Source: Lepidodermella squamata (lineage: Eukaryota; Animalia; Gastrotricha). From it: a DNA stretch of 64,000 nucleotides. Made by a program: the position numbers and the translations under genes. The notes below the pieces were generated by a model that was not told the origin of the DNA, ran no database searches, and worked only from the letters and a program-made list of their open reading frames with translations. Below are positions 1-11,582 of this stretch, piece after piece (within the stretch, counting starts at the first letter, position 1; each line of letters starts with the position of its first letter). The stretch lies in NCBI GenBank assembly GCA_047495785.1, contig JBLDXI010000036.1:1240001-1304000 (forward strand), in the 5' to 3' direction.

Positions 1-170
1 GCATAGTAATTTCTGCGGGCGAAAATTGTTTGAATGAATAGTTTTATAAATGTTGTTGATTTCACGTCTTTTTTTTAAACGTGGCGTTCCTTGGTCGCGT
101 GCTGTGAAGAATAGCTGCTCTCATTTCCAACGGCACTGAACTTCTCGAACTCCAAGATAACTCGTCCTAC
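1..170 (-). promoter_or_regulatory. Probable start codon (CAT at 2-4) and upstream region of a further lectin-family paralog lying left of the window
   Basis: 1-150 aligns by eye with 25040-25190, the ATG and upstream region of gene B (shared tcacgt, tcgcgtgctg, gctctcatttcc, cactgaa(c/t)ttctcgaact blocks). Confidence 0.65.
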
Positions 171-511
171 CAGATTACAAATGATACAAAACGAACAAAA
201 TAATTTTATTTGTAAACTTCAAATTTATTGCGCTATAGAAGGGCCAGCATCAGTTTGCGATTATCAGGGGCGTTTTTGAATGGAAATTCTCCACAGTTTT
301 CTTCCTCCGCTCGTATTTGATTGAAATGAGGAACAATTCTGGGAAATTTAGAAAAAAGGAATTGTTCATCGCTCTTTGCCTTGCTTGTCAACTGAAGTTT
401 TATTTTTATTTACCAATTTATCATTAATATCGAAAAAAAGAATTTCGTTGGATAATCACGAGATAAGGTTGAGCACTTCTATTTTACATTTTATGCTAGA
501 TTAAGGTAGTT

Positions 512-1775
512 CTAACGCATGCCAGGAATCGAGAAAGAAGCGCAGTTGATTTCCACCATTCGCAGCTGTTGATGACTCAGCTCTCCCTTGAATAAGTTCA
601 GGCAGGCAATACTCCCCATGAGTGGCTCAGCCTGATTCGCCCAAGACCTGGAATAAAACAATTTAAGCCTAATTTCTTAAAATTCATGGAAATTTGGAGG
701 ACTAACCGTGCCAAACTGAGCGCTCCGCTGTTTGTCACAGGTCTCACTTGGCTCGCAATATCGCTGCCACTTCTGTCGCAGTGAACACTTAGTTTGCTGC
801 TCGATGAGGAATAATACAGAGTCACATAGCGCCACTGGAAGGTCAGAGGACACGTGATATCCGAAACATTGCCACCAAATGCCCTGAGACGGATAATTTG
901 GTTTGCATGAGCCGAGATTTTCAGACCTAGCGTTGTTCCATCAGGAGCGAATTCAAGAAGCGGCCTATCTGGTTGCGTTGAAAGCGTTGCGAGAAAGGCG
1001 ACAGTGAAACTGCCGCTGTTAAGCTTGATCTTATCATCAGAAATTACCAGTGCATCGCTCGAGTTGAAATAGAACGCTGTGTTCGAGATACCATACGGCC
1101 CAGGGACCGATAACAGAGGCGAGCTTGGGACGGAAAAATTAACAGCCGGATCGACGCGGTCATTCAAATCAGAAACCAACGGCCAAATAGCTACGTTCGA
1201 TGCAAGTAGAGTCTTCAAAGATTCTGGAGACCAAGTTTTGCCCGAGTGCATTTGCAAGCACTTTTTTCCACTTTTCCACTTTTCCACAACTGTTGAACAG
1301 ATAGGGCATGTTTGTAAATCGATAGGCACGATACGCGAGCACTAAATGTAACAGGGCTCATGGCATTGTTGCCAAATGACATGCTATTGCTGGTAACAGG
1401 CGGCGACGAGACATTCACCGTATAAATTGCGCTGTCACAAACTGCTGTCAGCTGATTCAGAGTTTTGTCTTATCATACGGCGAGAAAGACCCAAGATAAA
1501 GCATCGGTCGTCGGTCGAGCCAAAAGCTGGACAACTGAGAGTAGATGATTGAGTAGATCGTCTGAAAAAGAGAATTTGCCATCGCCGGAACCAAAGTCTG
1601 GAAAAGACGTAACCATGAAAATCTTGCATCTTGTTTGAAGAGTTGGTACTCGGTTCGTAATGAATGCGAAACAGCGCTTTAGCCCCATAAAACACAATAA
1701 CTGGAGAATTTTTGAAAGGACTGACAAAAAGGCGTAAAATGAAATGGTGAATGAAGATTGGTTAAATCGAGGCAG
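512..1775 (-). pseudogene. Decayed 3' half (tandem LamG/ConA-like domains) of a lectin-family paralog
   Basis: Same terminal exon (...MVEINCASFSIPGMR*, 647-512) and intron position (706-648) as genes B and C. Two adjacent stops in SWVFLAV**DK near 1470-1475 where gene B has SY; 8-nt duplication frameshift near 1263-1286; homology fades near 1775. Confidence 0.85.
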
Positions 1776-1894
1776 CAGCGATAATTAAGAGAAGTTGAAA
1801 TATTGGAAAAATACTCGCCTTATAACAGGACGAAAGAGAAGTTTGCATATCAAACGGTTGTCACTCAGCGGTGGAGTAAGTTTTCCGGTAAACG

Positions 1895-4884
1895 CTATTT
1901 TGTAGCTCCAAGTTTTGTCAGCAGTCGGATGATCTTTTCAATTCCCGCCAATTCCCAGTTCCATCGGTATTCCGCTTTGCTGGCGATCGATAAAGCAGTG
2001 AAACCATTTTTAGACTCCCTTCGATTCAAATCAGCGCCGAGTGTCGCAGCGAGCAGCTTAACCATCTCAAAGTGTGAAGCTGATACAGCCCGCATCAAGG
2101 GCGTCCGGCCCTCGTTGTCGACAGCATTGATCTCGGCTTGAAATTCAGTCACCAGTGCGTGCGCGATTGAAACATGGCCATTACTAGCAGCAAGATGGAG
2201 AGGAGTCTCGCCGATGTGGTTCACACTTGATACCTTGGCCTTGAAGTCGGAAATTAAAGGTCGAACAGCCTCGATTCGCCCCCACCTGACAGCGTGATGC
2301 AGCGGAGTTTCGCCATTTTTATCTGCAGCGTCAACATTGGCATTGAATTCTTTAACTATCAGACGCATAAATTCGATTCTCTTTCCTTGTGCAGCGTAAT
2401 GCAGCGGAGTTTCGCCATTTTTATCTGCAGCGTCAACATTGGCATTGAATTCCTTAACTAACAGACGTATAGCTTCGATTCTCTCTCCTTGTGCAGCGTA
2501 ATGCAGCGGAGTTTTGCCATTTTCATCTACAGCGTCTACATTGGCATTGAATTCCTTAACTAACAGACGTATAGCTTCGATTCTCTCTCCTTGTGCAGCG
2601 TAATGCAGCGGAGTTTTGCCATTTTTATCTACAGCGTCAACATTGGCATTGAATTCCTTAACTAACAGACGTATAGCTTCGATTCTCTCTCCTTGTGCAG
2701 CGTAATGCAGCGGAGTTTTGCCATTTTCATCTACAGCGTCTACATTGGCATTGAATTCCTTAACTAACAGACGTATAGCTTCGATTCTCTCTCCTTGTGC
2801 AGCGTAATGCAGCGGAGTTTTGCCATTTTCATCTACAGCGTCTACATTGGCATTGAATTCCTTAACTAACAGACGTATAGCTTCGATTCTCTCTCCTTGT
2901 GCAGCGTAATGCAGCGGAGTTTTGCCATTTTTATCTACAGCGTCAACATTGGCATTGAATTCTTTAATTAACAGACGCATAACTTCGAATCTCTCTCCCC
3001 AAGCAGCGTAATGCAGCGGAGTCAAACCATTTTTATCTGCAACGTCTACATTGGCATTGAATACTTTAACTAAAACACGCAAAACTTCGATTCTCTCCCA
3101 CCAAGCAGCGTAATGCAACGGAGTTTTGCCATTTTCATCTACAGCGTCTACATTGGCTTTGAGTTCACTAGCTAACAGACTCACAACATTGACATTGCCC
3201 CTGGCAGCAGCTAAGTGCAACGGTGTCCTCCCATCTATATCGGCAGTTTCAACATGTGCATACAAGATCATACATCTATCTCTTTCAATATTATCCCCGT
3301 CAATACGCTGAGCATAATGTTTCAGGATCATAAGTCTGATTTCGGCCAAGTCTGGTGCTTCTTCATTCCAGATTAGCTCCTAGGAAATGCGAAATTTGAA
3401 GATAATTTCTCATATCAGAGGTTTCTTACAACTTACATCAATTAATTGTTTGTAAAACACTTGGAACAAATTGCTACCGATCAACTCAGCAGCAGATGGG
3501 CGATCGGCTAGCTCTTTCTCCATCATCAGTGAAACAAAAAGCTGGAAATCTCCCGAGTAACCTAGCAGCTCAAAGCGTTTTGGTGGATTTCTGAATTGAA
3601 AAATAAATACGATAAAATTAACGCACTATTTTCACTAGAAGTTGGCTTGGTATCAAGCGATTTACTTACTTCTTGATGTCCTTTTCAGAGGTGAACTAAA
3701 TGAATATTGTTGGAGATACGTGTCATTTAAAGTGGTTAATATGTGTTGAAAATCTCACTGGTAGCTGGAGATTGGCCAACTCGTACAGCGTAACGCCGAA
3801 TGACCAAATGTCAGCCGCCGGCGTTAGATGCTTCCCCTTCAGAGCCTCAGGCGGTGCGTATTGCCTCGTGAAAACCATGGTGGGCGAGCTACCGCTAAAT
3901 AAATAATGCGTTTCGAAATTGTCTCGAATTTCACTCAAATCTACTTACCCCAAATTCAAAAACGAGAAGAACGAAGGCTCACGTGGGCAATAGTCTTTTG
4001 CTATGCCGAAATCACCGAGTTTCGGAACATCACCGCAAAGAAAGATGTTTCTTGGTTTGATGTCTCGATGGACAATACCGCGGCTGTGAATGTATCTGAT
4101 GGCTCCCAATAGCAGATCAGCCCAGAACACGAGTCGTTCTTCAGGAATGGGGTTACTGGGATTTCGCAACTCAATGTAACTCGCCAAGTCACCATTCGGG
4201 CAGTGTTCCATCGCCATGTAATACATTTGAAAATGTCCGTCGTTCTCTAGAAATAATATTTACATTGATAATTTATTACATCAAATATCACTAAATGGTC
4301 CGTGTACTTTACCTTCGAAAGCTCCATATGCCGTGACAATATTCGGGTGGTTCAATTCTTTCAGCCTATCAAACTGTTTCAAAGGTTATTATGTATATTG
4401 ACGTTCCGGATACATGATGTCTTGAAGATTCATGCCATGTCATATAAATGTTGACAAATTTATTATTACTCCAAGCCAAAACCATACGCGTTCAAGTCAC
4501 CGGATGAAGTAGGACCTCGAGGTCAGATTATGTGACCAAATCCCCCCTCCCCCTCCCCTCCCCCTTCGGAAATGAGCAAAATAACAGACAAATATGACTT
4601 GTGATGTTAACATGAAACAGAAATTAAATATCAAATATCAAATTTTGCCTTCCGTTGATTCAACGTTGATTTGACAAGATAGATAAAGCAGTTTTTCATC
4701 AACCTACCTCTTTGCGACAGTATTCAATGAGTTTATCCGCCTTTTTAGCATCTGCTATTCGTTCCCTAATTCTGTTGAGATTCACCGCTTTGACTACGCA
4801 CATCTGTCCATGTGTCCAATCGCACAGGCGTGCTGATCCAAAAGATCCACGGCCTAAAACTGGCGCTTGGTAAAATTCTGTCAT
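1895..4884 (-). CDS. NEK-like Ser/Thr kinase fused to ~13 C-terminal ankyrin repeats
   Basis: Seven exons join in frame through GT-AG introns (approx. 4884-4708, 4373-4313, 4247-3949, 3895-3759, 3695-3670, 3591-3437, 3379-1895). Motifs [33 protein letters not shown] and DIWSFG, followed by TPLHxAA repeats. Confidence 0.9.
2291..3160 (-). repeat. 102-bp coding tandem repeat (34-aa ankyrin units)
   Basis: Five almost identical units NVDAVD(K/E)[27 protein letters not shown] flanked by more diverged units. Confidence 0.95.
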
Positions 4885-5578
4885 TTGCTGGTAATGTATG
4901 GGTATAGAGTTTAATACAGCTGTACCGTTGGTGATACTGAAATTTTTCGCCCCCCATGAAGAAAAAAGTAAAAGCTACAACAAACTAAGCCAAGATAAGA
5001 CACAAGAAGCTACGCAGCGCGTCTTATCTTTCACGTGCGCGAGTTAGATAACTAGTGACATTAATTAATCCATACATAAAACAGAGGCTGCGAAGCTTAT
5101 CGTCGCATTTACACGAGCTACTTCGTAATTATCGATGTTAATTACTTCGGTTGTTGCGTCATTATTTTTACTTGAACTCGAGTAAGCGCTGTTTCTTCTG
5201 TGCAAATTTTATGAGCGTTGTTAACACGTCACAGCAAGGTGATTTAAAACTCAAATTTTGAGCTATCAAGTAATCCCAATTTCGCAATCACATTTTTGGC
5301 TGACACGATATTGCTAATCGATCACAATATTGCTAACACAAATAACCGGAATTTCGTCCGCGGAACACGATACGATTAACTCATGCGATAACGCCCGAGA
5401 TCATAGCAATTAGTGGGTGGTAAGTCGGTTATTCTGCGCCACAAGTTATACACCGAAAACTATGAGAAGACACCATTATCCCAATGCCAAGGCTAATTTT
5501 AATCGGTATATCAGATCAATAACAGCAGATCACAGCGCAAGCAATCCAGAATCTCTCATTCTTCGTCATGCTCAGCCT

Positions 5579-6361
5579 CTAGAGCTTTCTGTTAGACCTC
5601 CTCGTCTTTCGCGTGGTGGCAGCAGGCCAGTTCGACGAGGCATCGGAGCGCGTAGTCGACCAGCCAAGCGTTGAGCCTGGATTCGTCGCAGCTGGTTTGT
5701 CACTTGACGGACCTGCACTGGCCGTGCCCCAGTTGGTCGAGCCTTGCGGGCCAGAGGTTGAAACAGGGCGACTACTGGACCCGCCACTGATCCCTCCAGC
5801 ATTTGATGTCGTGGACCAATTGTTATTAGTCGACCCGGCTGGAGTAGAGCTGGGACCCGGATTCGACTGACGGCTAGTCGTTGCTGGGAGGTTGTTAGTA
5901 GTTGAAACTGGGGGGTTATTTGAGCTGGCGCCGCCGGAGGTTGACGACACAGCAGGCCAGCTATTGCTCGCCGTCGACCACGGTTTCTGAGTGCTGGACC
6001 CAACGCTCGGCGAGTTCTTCGTAAAACACGTGCCTTGCACGCATTGATCGCCCACACGGCACAAATATGTGCCAGTGCTACCGTCGCACTTACCAATTGC
6101 ATAAGCGCCCACATCGTCATTCGCCGGGTTCTTGGTGGCGCAGATTCCACCGACGCATTTGTCATAGTAGAAGCAATCGCTCGTGTACTTGCATCGGCCA
6201 TAGGTCCAAGCCCCAGTTGACGAATAGCAAAGTTTACTGACGCACTGGTCACCGGGTAAACAGTCGGTGTTGAATGTACAACTGGCGTAGTAGTACTGCG
6301 GCCCAGCGCTGACAAAGCCCAAAGCCGCGAAACACAAAATCAAGCCGTTCATTAGATGCAT
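5579..6361 (-). CDS. Secreted protein with three Cys-rich modules and a Ser/Thr/Pro-rich mucin-like tail
   Basis: Single open exon. Signal-like LILCFAALGFVSA; C-x5-C-x5-C-x4-C type modules; low-complexity S/T tail with spaced Trp. Start is 6361 or 6352. Confidence 0.8.
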   Translation of the reverse strand: MHLMNGLILCFAALGFVSAGPQYYYASCTFNTDCLPGDQCVSKLCYSSTGAWTYGRCKYTSDCFYYDKCVGGICATKNPANDDVGAYAIGKCDGSTGTYLCRVGDQCVQGTCFTKNSPSVGSSTQKPWSTASNSWPAVSSTSGGASSNNPPVSTTNNLPATTSRQSNPGPSSTPAGSTNNNWSTTSNAGGISGGSSSRPVSTSGPQGSTNWGTASAGPSSDKPAATNPGSTLGWSTTRSDASSNWPAATTRKTRRSNRKL

Positions 6362-6689
6362 TTCAATTTCTCTCTGCAATTCTGACAGTCGCAGAGGCTC
6401 TTTTATTGGCAACATAGGCGTGTCCGATGGGCGTTTTAGCAGACCTACTTAGGTGTTCCATGCACATTTCTGTAATCAGTAGCTATCCTGTTTTCCCAGA
6501 ATGGCAACCTTATCGCGATATAGGTGTATTGCCCCGGGCTATTACGTGACACGAATTCGATATAAAACCGCAATTAACGTTATTTTATAACATGGCGCCA
6601 TAGAGGCCATGTGAAATTTAACCGACAATGACAGATATTTAGAGGGCGTGTCACAAAATAGTGTTTCGGACGGTTTTTTTTTCAACTGG

Positions 6690-6950
6690 TGTAGTCGGCT
6701 CACTTGAATCATAAGGTATGTAAGATAAGGATCCAGCCTGGCAGCCAGTTGTCTCGAGGCGGCAATCGATGAAGGATTAAGCCCCCGTTATTTGGACGAG
6801 CTGAAGCACCTGACATGCGGCTTTTCGGTGTCTGGAACTTGTACTGTTACGTGTATCATAAACCAAGTAATTCAAATAATTGTAAATTCAGGAAACCTAC
6901 ATTTGGTGCCTGCCTTGCTGAGACTTAAAATGGTGTCGAGCTATAAAACA
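6690..6950 (-). pseudogene. Stalk-exon relic of a gene-C-like paralog
   Basis: VPDTEKPHVRCFSSS...FIDCRLETTGCQ matches the gene C exon at ~34700-34806, with a small insertion. A relic of gene C exon 4 follows at ~7424-7448. Confidence 0.75.
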
Positions 6951-6954
6951 ATGT

Positions 6955-7416
6955 ATTCGGTCGTTCGTGGACCCAAAAAATCGACCTTGGATGCAATTTA
7001 TTTATTTGTAAAATATTTAAATGTTAAATTTATTTTCTAATATTAAAAATTTCAACATCGGTCAACAAGAATCATGGGTCCAAAGAAAATCAGATCTACG
7101 GGTTATGTAATAGCTACGGTCAAATCGATAGTACCATTCGATAGCGCTTGTCGAATTTACTAATCGAATATTTAATCTCTAAACCCTATCACAAATCTAT
7201 AATCATGAAAAACTTAAAAAACACATTTTTCCCATACTAAATTGCGTAGGTCCAAGAAGGGTCCAAGAATTTTTAAATGTAAGAAAGGGAGTGGCTGCCC
7301 CGGCGTTGGTTGTAATGCTTTTTACACTCCACTTGATGAGAGGTTCATTTTGACACCAAAATCAACCCGATAGGAGAAAGTAAACAAATTTGTGCCCCAT
7401 TATAGAACGACCGAAT
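6955..7416. mobile_element. Non-autonomous TIR element
   Basis: 12-bp inverted termini attcggtcgttc / gaacgaccgaat; sits between two lectin exon relics; no clear TSD. Confidence 0.55.
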
Positions 7417-7700
7417 TCCAGATTCCAGAACCAAACAAGCTAAAAAAAGTTGATAAAATTCGCGGTTGATTCTTGGGCATAGTATCGCACCGAAGGCGCT
7501 GAAAATCGCCAGTTCTTCGGAATTTTAGCGGATTCCTGAATATTCTGCTGAATATTGAAAAAACTGGCACTTCTTACACAGCGAATCCGGTGGCAATGTG
7601 TTTTGGATTAGCGGGATGGGCGTTGAGTTCGTTTGAGCCTATCGCCCTATCGTTGCTCGCTTCTAATTCTGTATCTTCCAGCGTATCGTTATCGTCGTTG

Positions 7701-7822
7701 AAAAACTCGGATTTAGGCTACTTGGTCACGGGTGATAAGTAAAAATTCTTTCAATGCTTCTTTATTTACGTTAAAAAGCCGCTTTTACTTGTCACCCGTG
7801 ACCAGCCTAAATCCGAGTTTTT
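7701..7822. repeat. Short foldback/MITE-like inverted repeat
   Basis: aaaaactcggatttaggct..ggtcacgggtgataagtaaaa pairs with ttttacttgtcacccgtgaccagcctaaatccgagttttt. Confidence 0.75.
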
Positions 7823-8194
7823 TAAGGACCCTAACGATATCTGGTCAAAAGTAGGGACTATTTCGGGATAATCGTGCTGGGAAAACCGCATTTGTATAGG
7901 AAGTAGAAATGTGCCGTGTGCCGAAAAGTTGCGCTGGCAACAAAAGGATAATGAATTCACCAAGCTCTCCTAATCATCTTCAAAATTACCGAAACATGAT
8001 TCATGATTGGGCTGGTGCAGCTACAATTACAATAACACATAGCATTTATTGGTCAAGGAAAAACTTCGGAGAAAAGGATACATGCTATTTAATATAACAT
8101 AAACTTAATGATTTAAGTGAATCTTCAAAGATGACGGCTTGGCAAAGAAGACATGAATTCGATCACGCAACAGTCAAATAAATAAGTGCCAGTT

Positions 8195-8630
8195 CTAACG
8201 CATGCCAGGAATCGTGAAAGCAGCGCAGTTAATTTCCACCATTCGCTGTTGTTGGAAAGTCAATCCGCCACTGAATAAATTCAGGCAGGCAATGCTTCCC
8301 ATTAGCGGCTCGGCCGGAGACGCCCAAGACCTTAAGGAAAAAGGGAAAAGAAATAACATAACAATAACATCAACAGCCAAAATGAGAACTCCAAGGCTAA
8401 CCGGGCCAAGCTGAATGCTCCGCTTTTTGTTACCGGTTGCGTTGCAACCGAAAGGGTGGCAGCAACTCTGTCGCAGGTGGCAGTTGATGAGGTGACTGTG
8501 CCACTTACAGTAAAAACGAATGTCAAAAAGCGCCACTGGAAGTTCATAGGACACGTGGAAGTTCTAAAAAAACGGCGCCATCAGTCGTGATACGGAATAT
8601 TTGGTTGGTATGAGCCAGGATTTTCAGACC
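8195..8630 (-). pseudogene. LamG C-terminal fragment of a lectin-family paralog
   Basis: Terminal exon SWASPAEPLMGSIACLNLF...VEINCAAFTIPGMR*; the upstream exon is frameshifted and cut at 8631 by a hAT-like MITE end. Confidence 0.85.
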
Positions 8631-8866
8631 CAGTGTGCGAAGTAGGATCCGGGAGTTGAGGTGTTTTCGACTTCAAAGGGTCCCTCCCTGTGGCCTTCAT
8701 CTGATTGGAGTCCCGGAGCTTGGGTACTTCTCATGTTTTAGATTCTGGAATAATCCGGCGAGGTCGCTTTACAGGAGTCATACTGAATTGTTTTGTTATG
8801 AAATGGTATTGAATGCAATTTAATTGCTATCAGGGTGCGGAGTACAGGGGTGCTGAGGTGTCGCGA
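8631..8866. mobile_element. Rearranged hAT-like MITE pieces
   Basis: cagtgtgcgaagtagg at 8631 and cagggtgcgg at 8831 match the two ends of the elements at 31391 and 38692. Confidence 0.65.
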
Positions 8867-9024
8867 TTGTACACATAGCTGTACACATACAAGCAAATTT
8901 GTTTGCAGCTTATTTTACTGTTTCTTATTTCTTTTATACTGTTCAACATTTAGCTATGATATTTGTATTTTAGCCATGAGTCTTCTTTCTCGTGTTGTGA
9001 CCTTTGTCATTGTATGTCGAGCTT

Positions 9025-9425
9025 TTATTCGCATCTGCAGACGTTATGGAATCCAGACCATTCAGGCTTCCTGGAAATGAAAGCATTATAGTTGTGTAGT
9101 CCAAAATCATGGTCCAACTTACAGGCCTTCACAGCAAGGCGTACCGCCGCGGCAGTCTTCATACAACCCGGCGCATGCTGGTTTATCGGCAATAGGTTTG
9201 CCGCAGGTGCATTTGGCCCAGTAGCCGAGTACACGTTGAACGCTAAAATTTATATGAAATAGGTTTCAAGAACGAAAAAGTACTGGAAAGGCGGTCTTAC
9301 AGTCCTGGGCAACAGTATTCCTCAAGGCAGCTTTCTCCTACACCAGCACAACCTTCAGCGATTGCTGAAGGAACGATTGCAGCGACGCAAGCAAAAATGG
9401 CAAAAATAGCGACAGCGCGGTTCAT
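9025..9425 (-). CDS. Secreted double knottin-like cysteine-rich peptide
   Basis: Exons 9425-9301, 9242-9123 and 9070-9025 with GT-AG phase-2 introns give MNRAVAIFAIFACVAAIVPSAIAEGCAGVGESCLEEYCCPGLVQRVLGYWAKCTCGKPIADKPACAGLYEDCRGGTPCCEGLKPEWSGFHNVCRCE*. Confidence 0.85.
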
Positions 9426-9481
9426 TTTGAATATTGTAATAACGTGATTATGACTTTATAATATGATGTAATACATGGACC

Positions 9482-9489
9482 TTTATATA
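9482..9489 (-). promoter_or_regulatory. Candidate TATA box of the knottin-like gene
   Basis: TATATAAA on the minus strand ~57 bp upstream of the ATG. Confidence 0.4.
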
Positions 9490-11184
9490 GCCTACATCAT
9501 AGGTTACCTTATACGGCCCCACAAAGGCGGTATCAAACGCGACACCATGTCGAATAACAACTGCGAAAATGGAGCTCAGCTTGGCGCTATGTGTCGCGAA
9601 TTTTCGTGATAAGAAAAAAGCTGTAGGCGCATTGTACTGGCAAACTCGCCAAGCTCGGCACCCAGCACCTACCACTCCCGCGCTTTCGATTATATGTGGG
9701 GCAATTATTGACTCAAGGAACTTCAACTGTTCAGCTGGGCTCACAGACTTGGCGACACTGTCGCGCTGAAACAGCTCACAGCTGACTCACTTAGATGTTC
9801 ACGGTTGTCGCGCGACAAACCCATTGTGCGAAATGATAAGAAATGGTTATAGAAGCAGCCTTATTTTAGTCCTCATCGTCGTAGTACTTCATTTCTTCAT
9901 TAGGTACCGTAAACTATAGTATACACTCGTGCACTCGTCATGACTTCGTTAGCGTCATAGGTCGTAGCATAAGGTTCCACTTGATGGTAAGAACAGCTTT
10001 CTATTGATCTGTGAGCAATGTGTAAATGTTACCATCGCCCGCTACGACTCACAATTTGACGGTATTTTACCGCAGAGCTCAATGCTCAGTAACTGAAAGC
10101 TTGAACGGTGAACGTGAATAAGTGCCGTTCGCGGTGAAAGTCATCGCACCACAAAAATGACGGTAAGCTTTGTTTCTCATTGCTGAACGTCTAAACGTGT
10201 AAAATCTGAGAAATGGTTCCACTTGGCGCTAGCACTCGAGCCTCGAGTTCAAACAATTAATGCCGCAACGAACGTTCGATGTGAACAAATTCAGCATGCC
10301 CGATATGTAACTTTTGCCCTGCGACAAACTATGCGACAAACCTGCGACGTAATTCGCGTCATTTTTATCGAAAAATAAGCGAATAAGGCTAACACCTTAG
10401 GTCGGTTAAGGTGCGCGTAAATCTCCTTCCCTGTAATGTTAGCGAACTGTTTTCTTCCTATCCGTGAATCCACCTTGATCCTTGAAAGTTGTAACTAACT
10501 TAGTAAATATTTAGTTAACCCTTTCACGGCGGGAAGGACGATTTCGGAATTTCGACTTTGAAAATTCACAGAAAATTGAGTTTGATGAATTCTTGATCGC
10601 CCTTTCGTGAAATATTGCTTTTCGATGTTGGCTACAAGGTTTTCACACCAGGACACCGTTATCTTGCATGGTCAGGACAAACTAGCAATTTTAAAATGGT
10701 CAACCCGTGAATGAAATCTCGATTTTTTCAACTTGAAATCTCATACGTTTCTGATCATTTTTTGATCCAACAAAAAATACCACCGTGTCCGCCGTAGTCT
10801 CATTGACCTCTGTGTAAATTTTCGAGTTGGAAATCAAAAATGACGACGCTCATGAACTTTAAACAAACTGGCCGAATTCGTTCTATCCGCCAGGACTTAT
10901 ACAGGCAGAGTCCGTGATTTTTGTGCTGCAAAAACTGTCGCGAGCAAAAAGTAGAAAAGCTGGATTCAGATCTAAATGCTGAGCCTCTGAAACTTTTTTA
11001 AACCGAATGTTTTCGGCGATTCAAGTGGGGGAGAATCTTAGGGACTTTCATGGGGGTAATTTAGAATCTAAAATAGCAAAACTGAAGGCACCTGACACAG
11101 AAATTAGAATGTTCGAAAAATCGCCTGAAATCAGCTGGGCGGATATCGTGATCAGGGCCCTCTAAAACCCATAGAACTGGTGTC

Positions 11185-11395
11185 AACTAGAATCAAGGCA
11201 GCTACCACCCGAAGAAATGTCGTAACAGACTTTGATTGACTAATAATGAAAAGAATATTAAATTTCCAAGCATGATATTTGTTGCAATAAAGCTCAACCT
11301 CTAGTACGGAAATTTGTTGATTAATAGGTCTCACCATCGCAAGACAAATGACGGGTTTGCATCCGGAAAACGAGGACCCATCCGAGGTAAAATTC
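11185..11395 (-). pseudogene. Relic of stalk exons 12-14 of an A/B-like paralog
   Basis: Aligns with 14245-14520 (aatcaaggcagctaccacccg, ttgattgactaataatgaaaa, ttgcatccgga) with internal deletions. Confidence 0.75.
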
Positions 11396-11582
11396 GCTTA
11401 CGGTTGGAATGTGCGGAAATATATAAATCCACCATCCACCTTAACCGATTCGATTAAAGCTGCCTTGCATAAATTTATAAAATCTTTTCGGTTTATTTTA
11501 TTTTATTCAATTTTATTCAACTTCTTCACCACATCTCACTGTCTTTCGATAAAGAAATATCACAACACAGGATTTAAATGCT

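Noticed and set aside
4542-4564. G-quadruplex-capable tract in kinase intron 1 (minus strand)
   Set aside because: Single low-complexity tract with no evidence of function.
5572-6315. 247-aa overlapping ORF
   Set aside because: Alternative frame of the GC-richer secreted gene; no signal peptide or domain pattern.
10515-11160. Possible piggyBac-like element starting TTAACCCTTTCACGG
   Set aside because: No matching right TIR or TTAA found.
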